From the NCBI GenBank assembly GCA_046160825.1, contig JBJXHC010000097.1:901-64900 (forward strand): a stretch of 64,000 nt of DNA. Direction: 5' to 3'. The notes beneath the pieces were generated by a model. It saw only the letters and a program-made list of their open reading frames with translations. It was not told the DNA's origin and ran no database searches. The position numbers and the translations under genes are program-made. This document shows, in pieces, positions 17,406 to 26,917 of the stretch; within the stretch, counting starts at the first letter, position 1; each line of letters begins with the position of its first letter. Origin of the DNA: Bacteroidota bacterium (lineage in GTDB: Bacteria; Bacteroidota; Ignavibacteria; UBA10030; UBA6906).

Positions 17406-18413
17406 TTAAGGGTTGGCGACAACCTCTCCCATATAAAACCCCACCTCTCCGTTTTTCTTCAGAAATTTGAGCAAATCCGACGATTCCTTCTTCTGCACGA
17501 TGATGACAAGACCAACACCGAGATTGAATGTCCGCCGCATGTCTTCCTCTGGAACCTGACCTGTTTCTTGAATCAATTGAAAAATTGGCGGACGATTCCA
17601 GCTGGTCCAGTCGATCTTGATAGCCAAACCTTTCGGAACCACTCTTTGAGTGTTCCCTTCGATTCCGCCACCTGTAATATGTGCAAGTCCATGCACATCA
17701 AACTTCTTCCTCACACGCCGGATAACTTCAAGATATGAACGGTGTATGGTGAGGAGGGCATCACCGAGCGTGGTTCCAACTGAGGGAACATGATCATTCA
17801 GCGAGTACTTTTCCAACAGAACCTTGCGCGCTAATGAATAGCCGTTGGTGTGCAGACCTGTGGAGGGAATTCCGATCAGAACGTCTTTCTTTCGCACCCT
17901 GTCTCCGGTGATGATCTTTTTTCTTTCGGCAACGCCGACGATTGTGCCTGCGAGGTCATATTGATTGTCAGCATAGAATCCGGGCATTTCCGCAGTCTCG
18001 CCTCCGATCAACGAGCACTTGTTTTCCCGACACGCCTTGATGAAACCTTCGATCACCTGCACCGCCACATGATCTGCAAGCTTTCCGGTTGCAAAGTAGT
18101 CCATAAAAAACATTGGCACCGCTCCGCATACGGCAATATCATTGACACAGTGGTTGACAAGATCCTGCCCCACCGTATCATGTCGATCCAGAAGCTGCGC
18201 AACTTTCAATTTCGTACCAACACCATCAACACTGGATACCAGAACAGGTGATTTTAGACCCTTGAACCGCGCGTCATAAAAACCCCCGAAAGCGCCAATG
18301 TCGCTGAGAACAGATTTTGAGTAGGTGGATCGAACGGCTTTCTTGATGTGACGGACAAAGCCGTCTGCTTTTGAAATATCGACACCCGCATCGGCATAAG
18401 TAACGGACCCCAG
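17406..18413 (-). CDS. purM: Phosphoribosylformylglycinamidine cyclo-ligase (AIR synthetase); start codon unresolved
   Basis: The conserved N-terminus SVTYADAGVDISKADGFV...GGFYDA...VSSVDGVGTKLKVA is in frame upstream of the track ORF (17406..18209). No ATG, GTG or TTG lies between the in-frame stop (18428..18426) and TTG 18209. The 5' end is set at CTG 18413 provisionally. Confidence 0.85.
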   Translation of the reverse strand: MGSVTYADAGVDISKADGFVRHIKKAVRSTYSKSVLSDIGAFGGFYDARFKGLKSPVLVSSVDGVGTKLKVAQLLDRHDTVGQDLVNHCVNDIAVCGAVPMFFMDYFATGKLADHVAVQVIEGFIKACRENKCSLIGGETAEMPGFYADNQYDLAGTIVGVAERKKIITGDRVRKKDVLIGIPSTGLHTNGYSLARKVLLEKYSLNDHVPSVGTTLGDALLTIHRSYLEVIRRVRKKFDVHGLAHITGGGIEGNTQRVVPKGLAIKIDWTSWNRPPIFQLIQETGQVPEEDMRRTFNLGVGLVIIVQKKESSDLLKFLKKNGEVGFYMGEVVANP

Positions 18414-18573
18414 AGCATTCCCCTTTCAAAACTGACGGCACAAATTAGAGATTATTCCCAGCAATTGCAAGACTTCGATTACCCCCGCAAACTTTTTTAG
18501 ATTACAATGTTTCTATTGATAATGTCGATTCACCTCAGTATATTCCTTAGAGACTATAGACTAATGTTCATAC

Positions 18574-19224
18574 ATGAAGACTGTTACCTTTAAGAGGCAC
18601 GAGATCCCGGTTGGCAAAATCCTCTGCCTTGGGCGAAATTATGCTGAACATGCACGGGAGATGGCTGCGGCTATTCCGCAAGAGCCGGTTGTTTTTCTCA
18701 AACCCTCATCGGCTATTATCCATGATGGCGACAGCATCGTGATCCCTTCCATCTCTCACGATCTTCATCATGAAGTCGAGATGATAGTTATGATTGGAAA
18801 GCAAGGGAAGAATATTGCTATTGCAGATGCGATGGAGCATGTTGCCGGGTACGGGGTTGGCCTCGACATGACCTTGCGCGATGTGCAGGCTGAGGCCAAG
18901 AAAGGCGGGTTACCCTGGTCCGTGGCAAAAGGATTTGATACTTCGGCTCCTGTTTCTACAATTGTTGAGAGGGCACTTGTCACGAATTCCCATGACCTAT
19001 CCATTTCTTTGAAGGTGAATGGGAAAGGTCGGCAATTGGCAAGCACAAGTGATATGATCTTTAAGATCGACTATGTGGTATCATATTTGTCTTCATTGTT
19101 CACATTGGAACTTGGAGATCTGATTTTTACCGGTACCCCGCAGGGTGTTGCACGCGTGGAATCGGGGGATATTCTTGAAGCAGAACTTGAATCGGTGACC
19201 AAACTTCGCGTAAGGGTGGCATAG
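18574..19224 (+). CDS. Fumarylacetoacetate hydrolase (FAH) family protein
   Basis: 216 aa. KILCLGRNYAEHAREM...PVVFLKP...HHEVEMIVMIG...LIFTGTPQGV. Confidence 0.85.
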   Translation: MKTVTFKRHEIPVGKILCLGRNYAEHAREMAAAIPQEPVVFLKPSSAIIHDGDSIVIPSISHDLHHEVEMIVMIGKQGKNIAIADAMEHVAGYGVGLDMTLRDVQAEAKKGGLPWSVAKGFDTSAPVSTIVERALVTNSHDLSISLKVNGKGRQLASTSDMIFKIDYVVSYLSSLFTLELGDLIFTGTPQGVARVESGDILEAELESVTKLRVRVA

Positions 19225-19231
19225 CAACGGC

Positions 19232-20044
19232 ATGGCAAGAGTAATCGCAATAGCTCTCCCCAAGGGTGGCGTCGGAAAGACGACGACGGCGGTAAACCTC
19301 GCCGCCAGCCTTGCTGTGGCGGAGCAGCGCACTTTGCTGATCGATCTGGACACGTTCGGCGCTTCTGGACTCTCTCTTGGATTTACCAGCGGGAATATCA
19401 AATCCGGTCTGTACGAAGTGTTCAACTTCATTTCCAATCTCACCAATACGATACACAAGACGGAATTGGAGTATCTCGACTTCGTTCCTTCAAATGTTCA
19501 ATCCCTGCAGATGGAAGACCGGCTGACGAAGCTCTCCGAGAATCGATCCATGTTGCGTAACATCCTGCGCAGCGTTGCGAAAGAATACGACTACGTCATT
19601 CTCGACTGTCCACCATTTCTCCGCGGCATGACGACAAACGCGTTGACCGCTGCTGATTCGGTTCTCATGCCGGTGAAGTCAGGACACTTCTCTCTTGATG
19701 CGGTTGACAAGCTTTTCAAGTATCTTGAGTGGGTGCATGATGTAGCCAACAAGTCCCTGGAAGTGGAAGGCATCCTGCTTACAATGCATGAACCCAACAC
19801 AAAGGTAACAGATATCACCTTGCGTGAACTTCATTCCAAGTACAAAAAATACATTCTCGATACCATCATCCCGAAGAACACAGTGCTGAGCGAGGCCAGC
19901 TTCTACGGGAAGCCCGCCGTACTGTACAACGTCAATTCCCGTGGCGCAACGACATATCTTGCGCTTGCGCGGGAGATCATCGCACACGAACAGGCACGCA
20001 AGTCTCTTGCCGCCAAGCCTCCATCCATCCAGCATCTTGGTTAG
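19232..20044 (+). CDS. ParA/Soj-family P-loop ATPase, with no adjacent parB
   Basis: Deviant Walker A in VIAIALPKGGVGKTTTAVNLAASLA. YDYVILDCPP and further ParA-like motifs follow. Confidence 0.85.
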   Translation: MARVIAIALPKGGVGKTTTAVNLAASLAVAEQRTLLIDLDTFGASGLSLGFTSGNIKSGLYEVFNFISNLTNTIHKTELEYLDFVPSNVQSLQMEDRLTKLSENRSMLRNILRSVAKEYDYVILDCPPFLRGMTTNALTAADSVLMPVKSGHFSLDAVDKLFKYLEWVHDVANKSLEVEGILLTMHEPNTKVTDITLRELHSKYKKYILDTIIPKNTVLSEASFYGKPAVLYNVNSRGATTYLALAREIIAHEQARKSLAAKPPSIQHLG

Positions 20045-20063
20045 CAATGAGAGTGCGGGGGCG

Positions 20064-22334
20064 ATGAAACGAGGCGTTATTCTACTTTCTGTAATTCCCA
20101 TTCTCTTGTTTATCTCCTCCTCAGTTTCAAGGGATTCGGCGCTACCGCGTGACGGATCAGGAGAGACACGGAATCCATACGACTCCATTCGCACTGACCT
20201 CTCCGACTACATCTGGCCGACAGACGGCGGGAGGAAAATGACCTCCACATTCGCTGAGTACCGACGCACGCATTTTCACGGTGGCGTTGATATCGGCACC
20301 GGAAGTACAACCGGATACCGGGTATTTGCGATGAGAGATGGCTATGTTTCGCGCATCAGTGTGTCACCTACCGGCTACGGCAAAATGCTATTCGTGCGTC
20401 ACCCCGACGGCTATTACAGCACCTACGCGCATCTCGAACGCTTTAACGCGGAGATTGATGCGCGAGTCGCGCGGGAACAGAACGCCCTGGAGCATTATCC
20501 CGTCACTATCGAGTGCGAGCCACAGGAATTCCCTGTCCGTAAAGGCGACATTATCGCGTACACGGGAGAAACCGGAGTCGGTTCGCCCCACCTGCACTTT
20601 GAACTGCGCGACGAGAACCTGAACTTCGTCAACCCGCTTCTGTGCGAACAGGTGAACGTCAACGATAATATCCCACCACAGATCAGAAGGGTTGCTATCA
20701 CACCGCTCGGGGAACATGCAATCATTGAAGGAGAATGGAATCCGAGGGTTCTTTCAGCCAAGGCTGCGGGTCGCGCCAGGTATTCTGTGCGAGAGACCAT
20801 TCAGCTTACAGGACGCTCAGGTTTTGCCATCGATGCCCGGGATCTTTCGAACGGGTCTAATTTCCGCCACGGTGTTTATAGCCATGAACTCTTCATCGAT
20901 GACAGTTTGATATTTACCATCAGGCTTGATCGCGCTCCCAGTGCCGAGGCTCATCAGATCGGCCTGTACTATGATTGGGACCTATTGCATTCGGGCCGGG
21001 GACGGTTCGAGAAATTATATATGAATTCGCCGAACAACCTCCCCTTCTATTCCCCAAAGTCTCCGGATGCGGGAGTCATAAACACTGCGGACTTTTCAGA
21101 GGGCCCCCACAACTTCCGCATCGTCACCATGGATTTCAATAACAATAGTTCTGAGGTCTCGGGTAAACTCATTTTCAATCATCCCCCGGAGTTCTCGATA
21201 ATTACAGGGACGTCTGAGTTTACCATGCACTTCAACGAACTCAAGAAAGTCGAGAAGGTGCTGTTATACTCGAAGAAGAACGGAACCGGTGCCTGGAACC
21301 TGAAGACCGTCTATCCCGACCCGGACCGAACGACCAACACCATTGCACTCCCGACGCCTGAAGGGAAATATGATGTACTCAAGGCCGTTGCAGAGAACCA
21401 TTTGGGAACAAGATCAATCCCTCAAATTCAATTTTTTAAGAAGCCCACCGGACCAGCGGGCAGTGCGAAATTGACACACACCATCGAGCGGGATTTTATC
21501 CGCGTGCGGGCAACGACGAATCAAGTGTTTACATCATCACCCATCGTTGTTGTGTATGAAGGCGAGAGTCGACGAACGTTCACTCTCACCCCCGTCGATA
21601 TCGATGAGTATGTTGGGACATTCAGACCGATCGAGACCTTTCACGGAATGCGCAGGCTGGTACTACAGGCGGAAGTCAACGGACAAGAAGCTTCGGCAAA
21701 CGCAGAATTCGATCTCTATCCCATCGTGGCCGGACAATCGGGTTCGTTTGAAGTGGACAACGGAAACCTGCACATTGCATATGAACCAAACTCCGTGTTC
21801 AAGACAATTTACATGCAGATAAAAAAACAGGGAGGGGGAGAGGAACTTTCCTACAGCCTTCTGCCGGATAATATCGTTCTGGACAAAGGTATCACTGCAT
21901 CAGTCACCGTTGATCCCTCCCGACACAAAGTCGGACTGTTCGCCAACCTTTTGGGAAGCGAAGAACTTCTTGCCACAAAATCCGACTTGTCGTCAACGGT
22001 TCTCACCGGAAGGGTGACACGAACACTCGGAGAGTTGTTCCTTGATGAGGACGTTTCACCTCCTCACATCTCTCAATTAAACATCACGCGCACATCGGGT
22101 GGACGCCCGCGCATCCAGTTCCGATATGGCGACAACTTCTCCGGCGTTGATTACAATGAGCTAAAGATGTACATTGACGGGGTGATTGCCGTACCTGAGA
22201 TAGATGGCGAACACCGACGGGCATCCTACCAGGTGACCGACCCTCTAGAGCATGGTTCCCACCAACTCGTAATTCGCATCAAGGACAGGATGGGAAATTC
22301 CAGCGAGGTGGAACGACGATTCACCGTTCGGTAA
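20064..22334 (+). CDS. M23 (LytM-type) metallopeptidase with signal peptide and a long beta-rich C-terminal extension
   Basis: Start at ATG 20064 (MKRGVILLSVIPILLFISS). M23 motifs HFHGGVDIG, YSTYAHL and GSPHLHFELR. About 500 aa of uncharacterised C-terminal sequence. Confidence 0.8.
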   Translation: MKRGVILLSVIPILLFISSSVSRDSALPRDGSGETRNPYDSIRTDLSDYIWPTDGGRKMTSTFAEYRRTHFHGGVDIGTGSTTGYRVFAMRDGYVSRISVSPTGYGKMLFVRHPDGYYSTYAHLERFNAEIDARVAREQNALEHYPVTIECEPQEFPVRKGDIIAYTGETGVGSPHLHFELRDENLNFVNPLLCEQVNVNDNIPPQIRRVAITPLGEHAIIEGEWNPRVLSAKAAGRARYSVRETIQLTGRSGFAIDARDLSNGSNFRHGVYSHELFIDDSLIFTIRLDRAPSAEAHQIGLYYDWDLLHSGRGRFEKLYMNSPNNLPFYSPKSPDAGVINTADFSEGPHNFRIVTMDFNNNSSEVSGKLIFNHPPEFSIITGTSEFTMHFNELKKVEKVLLYSKKNGTGAWNLKTVYPDPDRTTNTIALPTPEGKYDVLKAVAENHLGTRSIPQIQFFKKPTGPAGSAKLTHTIERDFIRVRATTNQVFTSSPIVVVYEGESRRTFTLTPVDIDEYVGTFRPIETFHGMRRLVLQAEVNGQEASANAEFDLYPIVAGQSGSFEVDNGNLHIAYEPNSVFKTIYMQIKKQGGGEELSYSLLPDNIVLDKGITASVTVDPSRHKVGLFANLLGSEELLATKSDLSSTVLTGRVTRTLGELFLDEDVSPPHISQLNITRTSGGRPRIQFRYGDNFSGVDYNELKMYIDGVIAVPEIDGEHRRASYQVTDPLEHGSHQLVIRIKDRMGNSSEVERRFTVR

Positions 22335-22404
22335 GTCCGCCCTCTCCTTCTCAGATCAGGCCTTTCTCGTTTTCCATTGTCGCGTTTCAATAATTGGAGT
22401 TCCC

Positions 22405-25134
22405 TTGTCTGATTCGTCTTCAGAGCCATCACTGCCGAAAGTCTATTCCCCTACCGAAGTAGAGCCGCGTTGGTACAAGCACTGGGAATCAAAAGATCTC
22501 TTCCATGCAGAACCCAATCCTGTCCGGGAACCTTACACGATTGTCATTCCTCCTCCCAATATCACGGGTGTGCTGCACATGGGGCACATCCTGAACAATA
22601 CGCTACAGGACGCGTTCATACGATATCGGAGAATGATGGGCTATGAAGCCTGTTGGATTCCGGGCACCGACCATGCAGGCATTGCCACACAGAATGTGGT
22701 TGAGCGTTCGCTGGCAAAAGAATCCAAAACCCGGCACGATCTTGGCCGCGAGAAGTTCATCGAACGCGTGTGGGAATGGAAAAAGCAGTACGGCGGAGTG
22801 ATCATCCAGCAGTTGCGGACACTCGGTTCATCGTGCGACTGGCAGCGGGAGAAATTCACGATGGACGAGACTTTGTCCAACGCGGTGCGGGAAGTGTTCG
22901 TTCGATTGTTTGATGAAGGCTTGATTTATCGCGGCAAGTACATCGTCAACTGGTGCCCGAAGGATCACACGGCAATTAGTGATGATGAAGTCGAGCATTC
23001 CGATCAGCAGGTCAAGATCTACCATATCAAGTATCCATTGGCTGACACTCCAAACGAGTTTGCGATTGTTGCCACGACGCGCCCGGAGACAATGTTCGGC
23101 GACGTTGCCATTGCAGTGAACCCGAAGGATGAACGATACAAACACCTCGTAGGCAAAATGGCAACACTCCCGCTTGTCGGGCGGAAAATTCCGATCATCG
23201 CAGACGACTATGTTGACCCGGCATTCGGCACCGGCATGGTGAAGATTACTCCGGCACATGATCCCAACGACTATTGGGTCGGCCAGCGACACAATCTCGC
23301 CCAAATCAATATCTTCGACGTCTCCGCAAAGATGAATGACAACGTTCCGGAAAAGTATCGTGGAATGGATCGCTACGATGCACGCAAGCTTGTACTGCAA
23401 GACCTTGAAGCACAAGGGCTGATTGCAAAAATCGAGGACCACACGAACAGTGTTGGCAAATGCTATCGTTGCAACACCGTCATCGAACCATATCTCTCCG
23501 ATCAGTGGTTCGTAAAGATGAAACCGCTTGCCGAGCCGGCATTGAAAGTCGTTCTTGATGGGACGATCACGTTCTACCCGGATCGGTGGACGAAAGTGTA
23601 TGAATATTGGATGACCAACATACGCGACTGGTGCATCTCGCGCCAGCTTTGGTGGGGACACCGCATTCCAGTGTACTATGCGCCTGATGGCAAGTTCACC
23701 GCTGCACGTAACGAGGATGAAGCACGCTCGAAACTCGGTCTCGCCCCTTCAATTCCGCTCCGCCAGGACGACGATGTGCTCGATACATGGTTCTCTTCGT
23801 GGCTCTGGCCGTTCTCCGTTCATGATTGGCCGGAACAGGAGAAGCATGGGAAAGCCAAAGACCTCCAATATTTTTATCCCACAAATACATTGGTCACGGC
23901 GCCGGATATTATTTTCTTTTGGGTGGCACGTATGATTATGGCCGGACTCAAGTTCGGCCCTTCATTTACCGGAAGCGCTGATCTCAATGCCAACATTCCA
24001 TTCCGTCATGTTTATTTCACCAGTCTCGTCCGGGATGACAAAGGACGCAAGATGTCCAAGTCGTTGGGCAACTCGCCCGAACCTCTTGAGCTGATCACCG
24101 AGTATGGCGCAGATGCGGTGCGGTTCACGATTCTGTTTCTTGCACCCCTTGGTCAGGATATTCTCTATGCAAAAGAGAAGAACGAGATCGGCCGCAACTT
24201 TGCCAACAAGATTTGGAATGCAGGCCGCTTCATTCTCATGAACCGTGATCAGATCGGGGAAGCACCAAAGAAATCAGAATTTAATCTTGACCACCTCGAC
24301 CTGGCCGACCGGTGGATTCTCTCCCGATTTCACTCCACCGCGCAAGAGATCATGATATCGCTGGATGAATTTGAGATCAACAGGATTTCCAAGACGGTGT
24401 ATGATTTCTTCTGGCATGACTACTGCGATTGGTACGTCGAGATGGTCAAATCACGTTTCTACGGTAATGAGCCGGCTGAAACCAAGCAAGCCGTGCTGAG
24501 CCGTGCTCTCGATGTCTTCGACGGCGCACTGCGAATGCTGCACCCGATCATGCCGTTCATTACTGAAGAACTCTGGCAGAATATCAGAACGAGAACACCG
24601 GATGAATCCATCATGTGCTCCAGTTTTATCCAGGCAGAGATGTCGTTCGTGGACAAGAATGTCGAAGCAGAGATGGCCTTCGTGCAGGGGGTCATTGAGT
24701 CCTTGCGCAACATCCGGGGAGAAATGAATATTGCGCCATCAAAAGAAATCGCCCTTGTAATGAAGATGAGCGGGAAACGCAGTATTGAAAGTGTGGAGCG
24801 ATACTCAGGCTACCTCCAGCGACTCGCCCGTGTCTCTTCCCTTTCATTTATTCAGGACGGCAGTCGCCCGAAGTTGAGCGTAAGTGCCGTGGTTCAGGGC
24901 GAAGAACTATTCGTTCTCCTCGAAGGTCTTATCGACATCAGCGTTGAGAAGGCCCGACTCAAAAAAGAAATCGATCGTCTTACAGGACTTATCACCGGCA
25001 TCCGAAACAAACTCGGTAACGAGAGTTTTGTCGCCAAAGCACCAAAAGAAGTTGTGGAGAAAGAACGGGAGAAACAGACAAACATGGAAACCAGCGTGGA
25101 GAAGCTGCAGAAGAGCTTGGAGGCGTTGCAATAA
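22405..25134 (+). CDS. valS: Valine--tRNA ligase
   Basis: 909 aa. PPPNITGVLHMGH (HIGH), KMSKSLGN (KMSKS) and a C-terminal coiled coil. TTG start. Confidence 0.95.
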   Translation: MSDSSSEPSLPKVYSPTEVEPRWYKHWESKDLFHAEPNPVREPYTIVIPPPNITGVLHMGHILNNTLQDAFIRYRRMMGYEACWIPGTDHAGIATQNVVERSLAKESKTRHDLGREKFIERVWEWKKQYGGVIIQQLRTLGSSCDWQREKFTMDETLSNAVREVFVRLFDEGLIYRGKYIVNWCPKDHTAISDDEVEHSDQQVKIYHIKYPLADTPNEFAIVATTRPETMFGDVAIAVNPKDERYKHLVGKMATLPLVGRKIPIIADDYVDPAFGTGMVKITPAHDPNDYWVGQRHNLAQINIFDVSAKMNDNVPEKYRGMDRYDARKLVLQDLEAQGLIAKIEDHTNSVGKCYRCNTVIEPYLSDQWFVKMKPLAEPALKVVLDGTITFYPDRWTKVYEYWMTNIRDWCISRQLWWGHRIPVYYAPDGKFTAARNEDEARSKLGLAPSIPLRQDDDVLDTWFSSWLWPFSVHDWPEQEKHGKAKDLQYFYPTNTLVTAPDIIFFWVARMIMAGLKFGPSFTGSADLNANIPFRHVYFTSLVRDDKGRKMSKSLGNSPEPLELITEYGADAVRFTILFLAPLGQDILYAKEKNEIGRNFANKIWNAGRFILMNRDQIGEAPKKSEFNLDHLDLADRWILSRFHSTAQEIMISLDEFEINRISKTVYDFFWHDYCDWYVEMVKSRFYGNEPAETKQAVLSRALDVFDGALRMLHPIMPFITEELWQNIRTRTPDESIMCSSFIQAEMSFVDKNVEAEMAFVQGVIESLRNIRGEMNIAPSKEIALVMKMSGKRSIESVERYSGYLQRLARVSSLSFIQDGSRPKLSVSAVVQGEELFVLLEGLIDISVEKARLKKEIDRLTGLITGIRNKLGNESFVAKAPKEVVEKEREKQTNMETSVEKLQKSLEALQ

Positions 25135-25199
25135 GTCTTTCAACATACCCTAAAAAGGTTTAGATTGAGCCAGTTCAAAAAGAATAGCAAGCTTCAGAA

Positions 25200-25697
25200 A
25201 TGAAATCCTCTAAACGCAAAAATACGAAACCCCTCGTCGGCATTGTCATGGGCAGCACATCTGACGCTCCATACATGAATGCTGCGCGAGAAATCCTTGC
25301 AACGTTTGGTGTCTCAACCGAGTTCAAGGTTGTTTCTGCACACCGCACACCGGACCTGATGTTCCGGTACGCCGAAGAAGCGGCGGGGAGCGGGATCGAA
25401 GTTATTATTGCGGGAGCGGGCGGCGCAGCACATCTTCCGGGAATGATCGCATCCAAGACCTCGTTACCAGTCATCGGCGTTCCGGTGAAAACAAAATCAC
25501 TCGATGGACTCGACTCTCTGCTTTCAATCGTACAGATGCCTGCCGGTGTTCCTGTAGCCACAGTTGGTATCAACAACTCCGCAAACGCAGGACTGTTAGC
25601 GGTGCGCATTCTCTCGGCGAAGCATCCGGGTCTGCGCAAGAAGATGGAGCAATACCAGCGCACACTGAAGAATAAAGTTCTCAAAACAAAGATATGA
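25200..25697 (+). CDS. purE: 5-(carboxyamino)imidazole ribonucleotide mutase
   Basis: 165 aa. [10 protein letters not shown]...SAHRTPD...[14 protein letters not shown]. Confidence 0.95.
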   Translation: MKSSKRKNTKPLVGIVMGSTSDAPYMNAAREILATFGVSTEFKVVSAHRTPDLMFRYAEEAAGSGIEVIIAGAGGAAHLPGMIASKTSLPVIGVPVKTKSLDGLDSLLSIVQMPAGVPVATVGINNSANAGLLAVRILSAKHPGLRKKMEQYQRTLKNKVLKTKI

Positions 25698-25728
25698 CCC
25701 CTTCCTTTTTCTTTTTTCCTTTTTCCTT

Positions 25729-26904
25729 TTGAATTCATCCTCACCCATACTTCCTCCTTCAACCATCGGTATCATCGGTGGCGGTCAACTCGGCATGATG
25801 ACCATTCGGGAAGCACAGCGGATGGGCTACCGGACAATTGTTTGGGATCCCGATCCGGCATGCCCGGCCTCCCGACTTGCCGATAAGACGATCACCGCAC
25901 CCTACACCGACGCAAAAGCATCGGCAGCAATGGCAACCAAAGCCGACGTCATCACGTATGAGTTTGAGAATATCAACGCGGCAACGGTAACCACTCTTGA
26001 ACAAACAAAGATCGTACGACCGGGAAGCTCGATCCTCAAAATTTCCCAACACCGGCGTCGGGAGAAGCTGGAGCTGCGACGGCACGGGTTCCCGACGGCA
26101 CCATTCACTTTCGCAACCAACGTCCCGGAATTGGAATCTGCCATCACTGAAATCGGACTACCCGTTGTAGTTAAGACCGCAACATCAGGCTACGATGGCA
26201 AAGGGCAAAGCGTGTTGCGCACGAACAGTGATGTTGAGAACTTCTTCGGTACTCTTGGAAGTCCGGGCGAATACGTGGTAGAGAAGTTCGTGATGTTACA
26301 GTGCGAGCTTTCCGTTATTGTCGCACGCTCACTCAATGGGAATGCGGTATCATTTCCCGTTGCAGAAAATGAGCACCGTGAGAATATTCTTCACGTATCC
26401 ATTATCCCGGCCCGCATCAGTGAAAGACTCCGGAAGGAGAGTGAGAAACTTGCTCGGTCAATAGCTGACACGCTTAGTGTTGTAGGAATACTCTGTGTGG
26501 AAATGTTCGTTACGATCGAAGGCGCGCTTCTTGTCAACGAGCTTGCGCCTCGACCGCACAATTCCGGTCACTACACACTCGATGCATGCAGTATTTCCCA
26601 GTTTGAAGCACTCGTTCGTACCGTATGCGGCTTGCCGGTTGCACCGCCTGCGCTTCTTACATCTTGCGCCATGGTAAATATTCTCGGCAAGCACATGAGT
26701 CGACTCGATATTCCTGCTCTGCTTGAGATCGAAGGAATCAAACTTCATCTCTACGGAAAAACCATCGTTCAACCAAAACGTAAGATGGGACACGTTACAA
26801 TTCTTGGTACAACACCGCGTGAAGTTGAACAACGAATGGCCAAGGTTCATCGCCTGCTTGAAGAGTCAATGACGCTGCATTCACCAATCAATATTGAAGG
26901 ATAA
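25729..26904 (+). CDS. purK: 5-(carboxyamino)imidazole ribonucleotide synthase
   Basis: IGIIGGGQLGMM with an ATP-grasp core, directly downstream of purE. TTG start, position uncertain. Confidence 0.9.
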   Translation: MNSSSPILPPSTIGIIGGGQLGMMTIREAQRMGYRTIVWDPDPACPASRLADKTITAPYTDAKASAAMATKADVITYEFENINAATVTTLEQTKIVRPGSSILKISQHRRREKLELRRHGFPTAPFTFATNVPELESAITEIGLPVVVKTATSGYDGKGQSVLRTNSDVENFFGTLGSPGEYVVEKFVMLQCELSVIVARSLNGNAVSFPVAENEHRENILHVSIIPARISERLRKESEKLARSIADTLSVVGILCVEMFVTIEGALLVNELAPRPHNSGHYTLDACSISQFEALVRTVCGLPVAPPALLTSCAMVNILGKHMSRLDIPALLEIEGIKLHLYGKTIVQPKRKMGHVTILGTTPREVEQRMAKVHRLLEESMTLHSPINIEG

Positions 26905-26917
26905 CACCGTGAGACCC

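Noticed and set aside
19941-20063. N-terminal extension of the M23 peptidase ORF overlapping the ParA 3' end
   Set aside because: The Arg/Ser/His-rich extension overlaps parA by ~100 nt. ATG 20064 yields a normal signal peptide.
25698-25731. Polypyrimidine tract (ccccttcctttttcttttttcctttttcctttt) between purE and purK
   Set aside because: A simple low-complexity spacer at a gene junction with no repeat unit structure. It may only obscure the true purK start.
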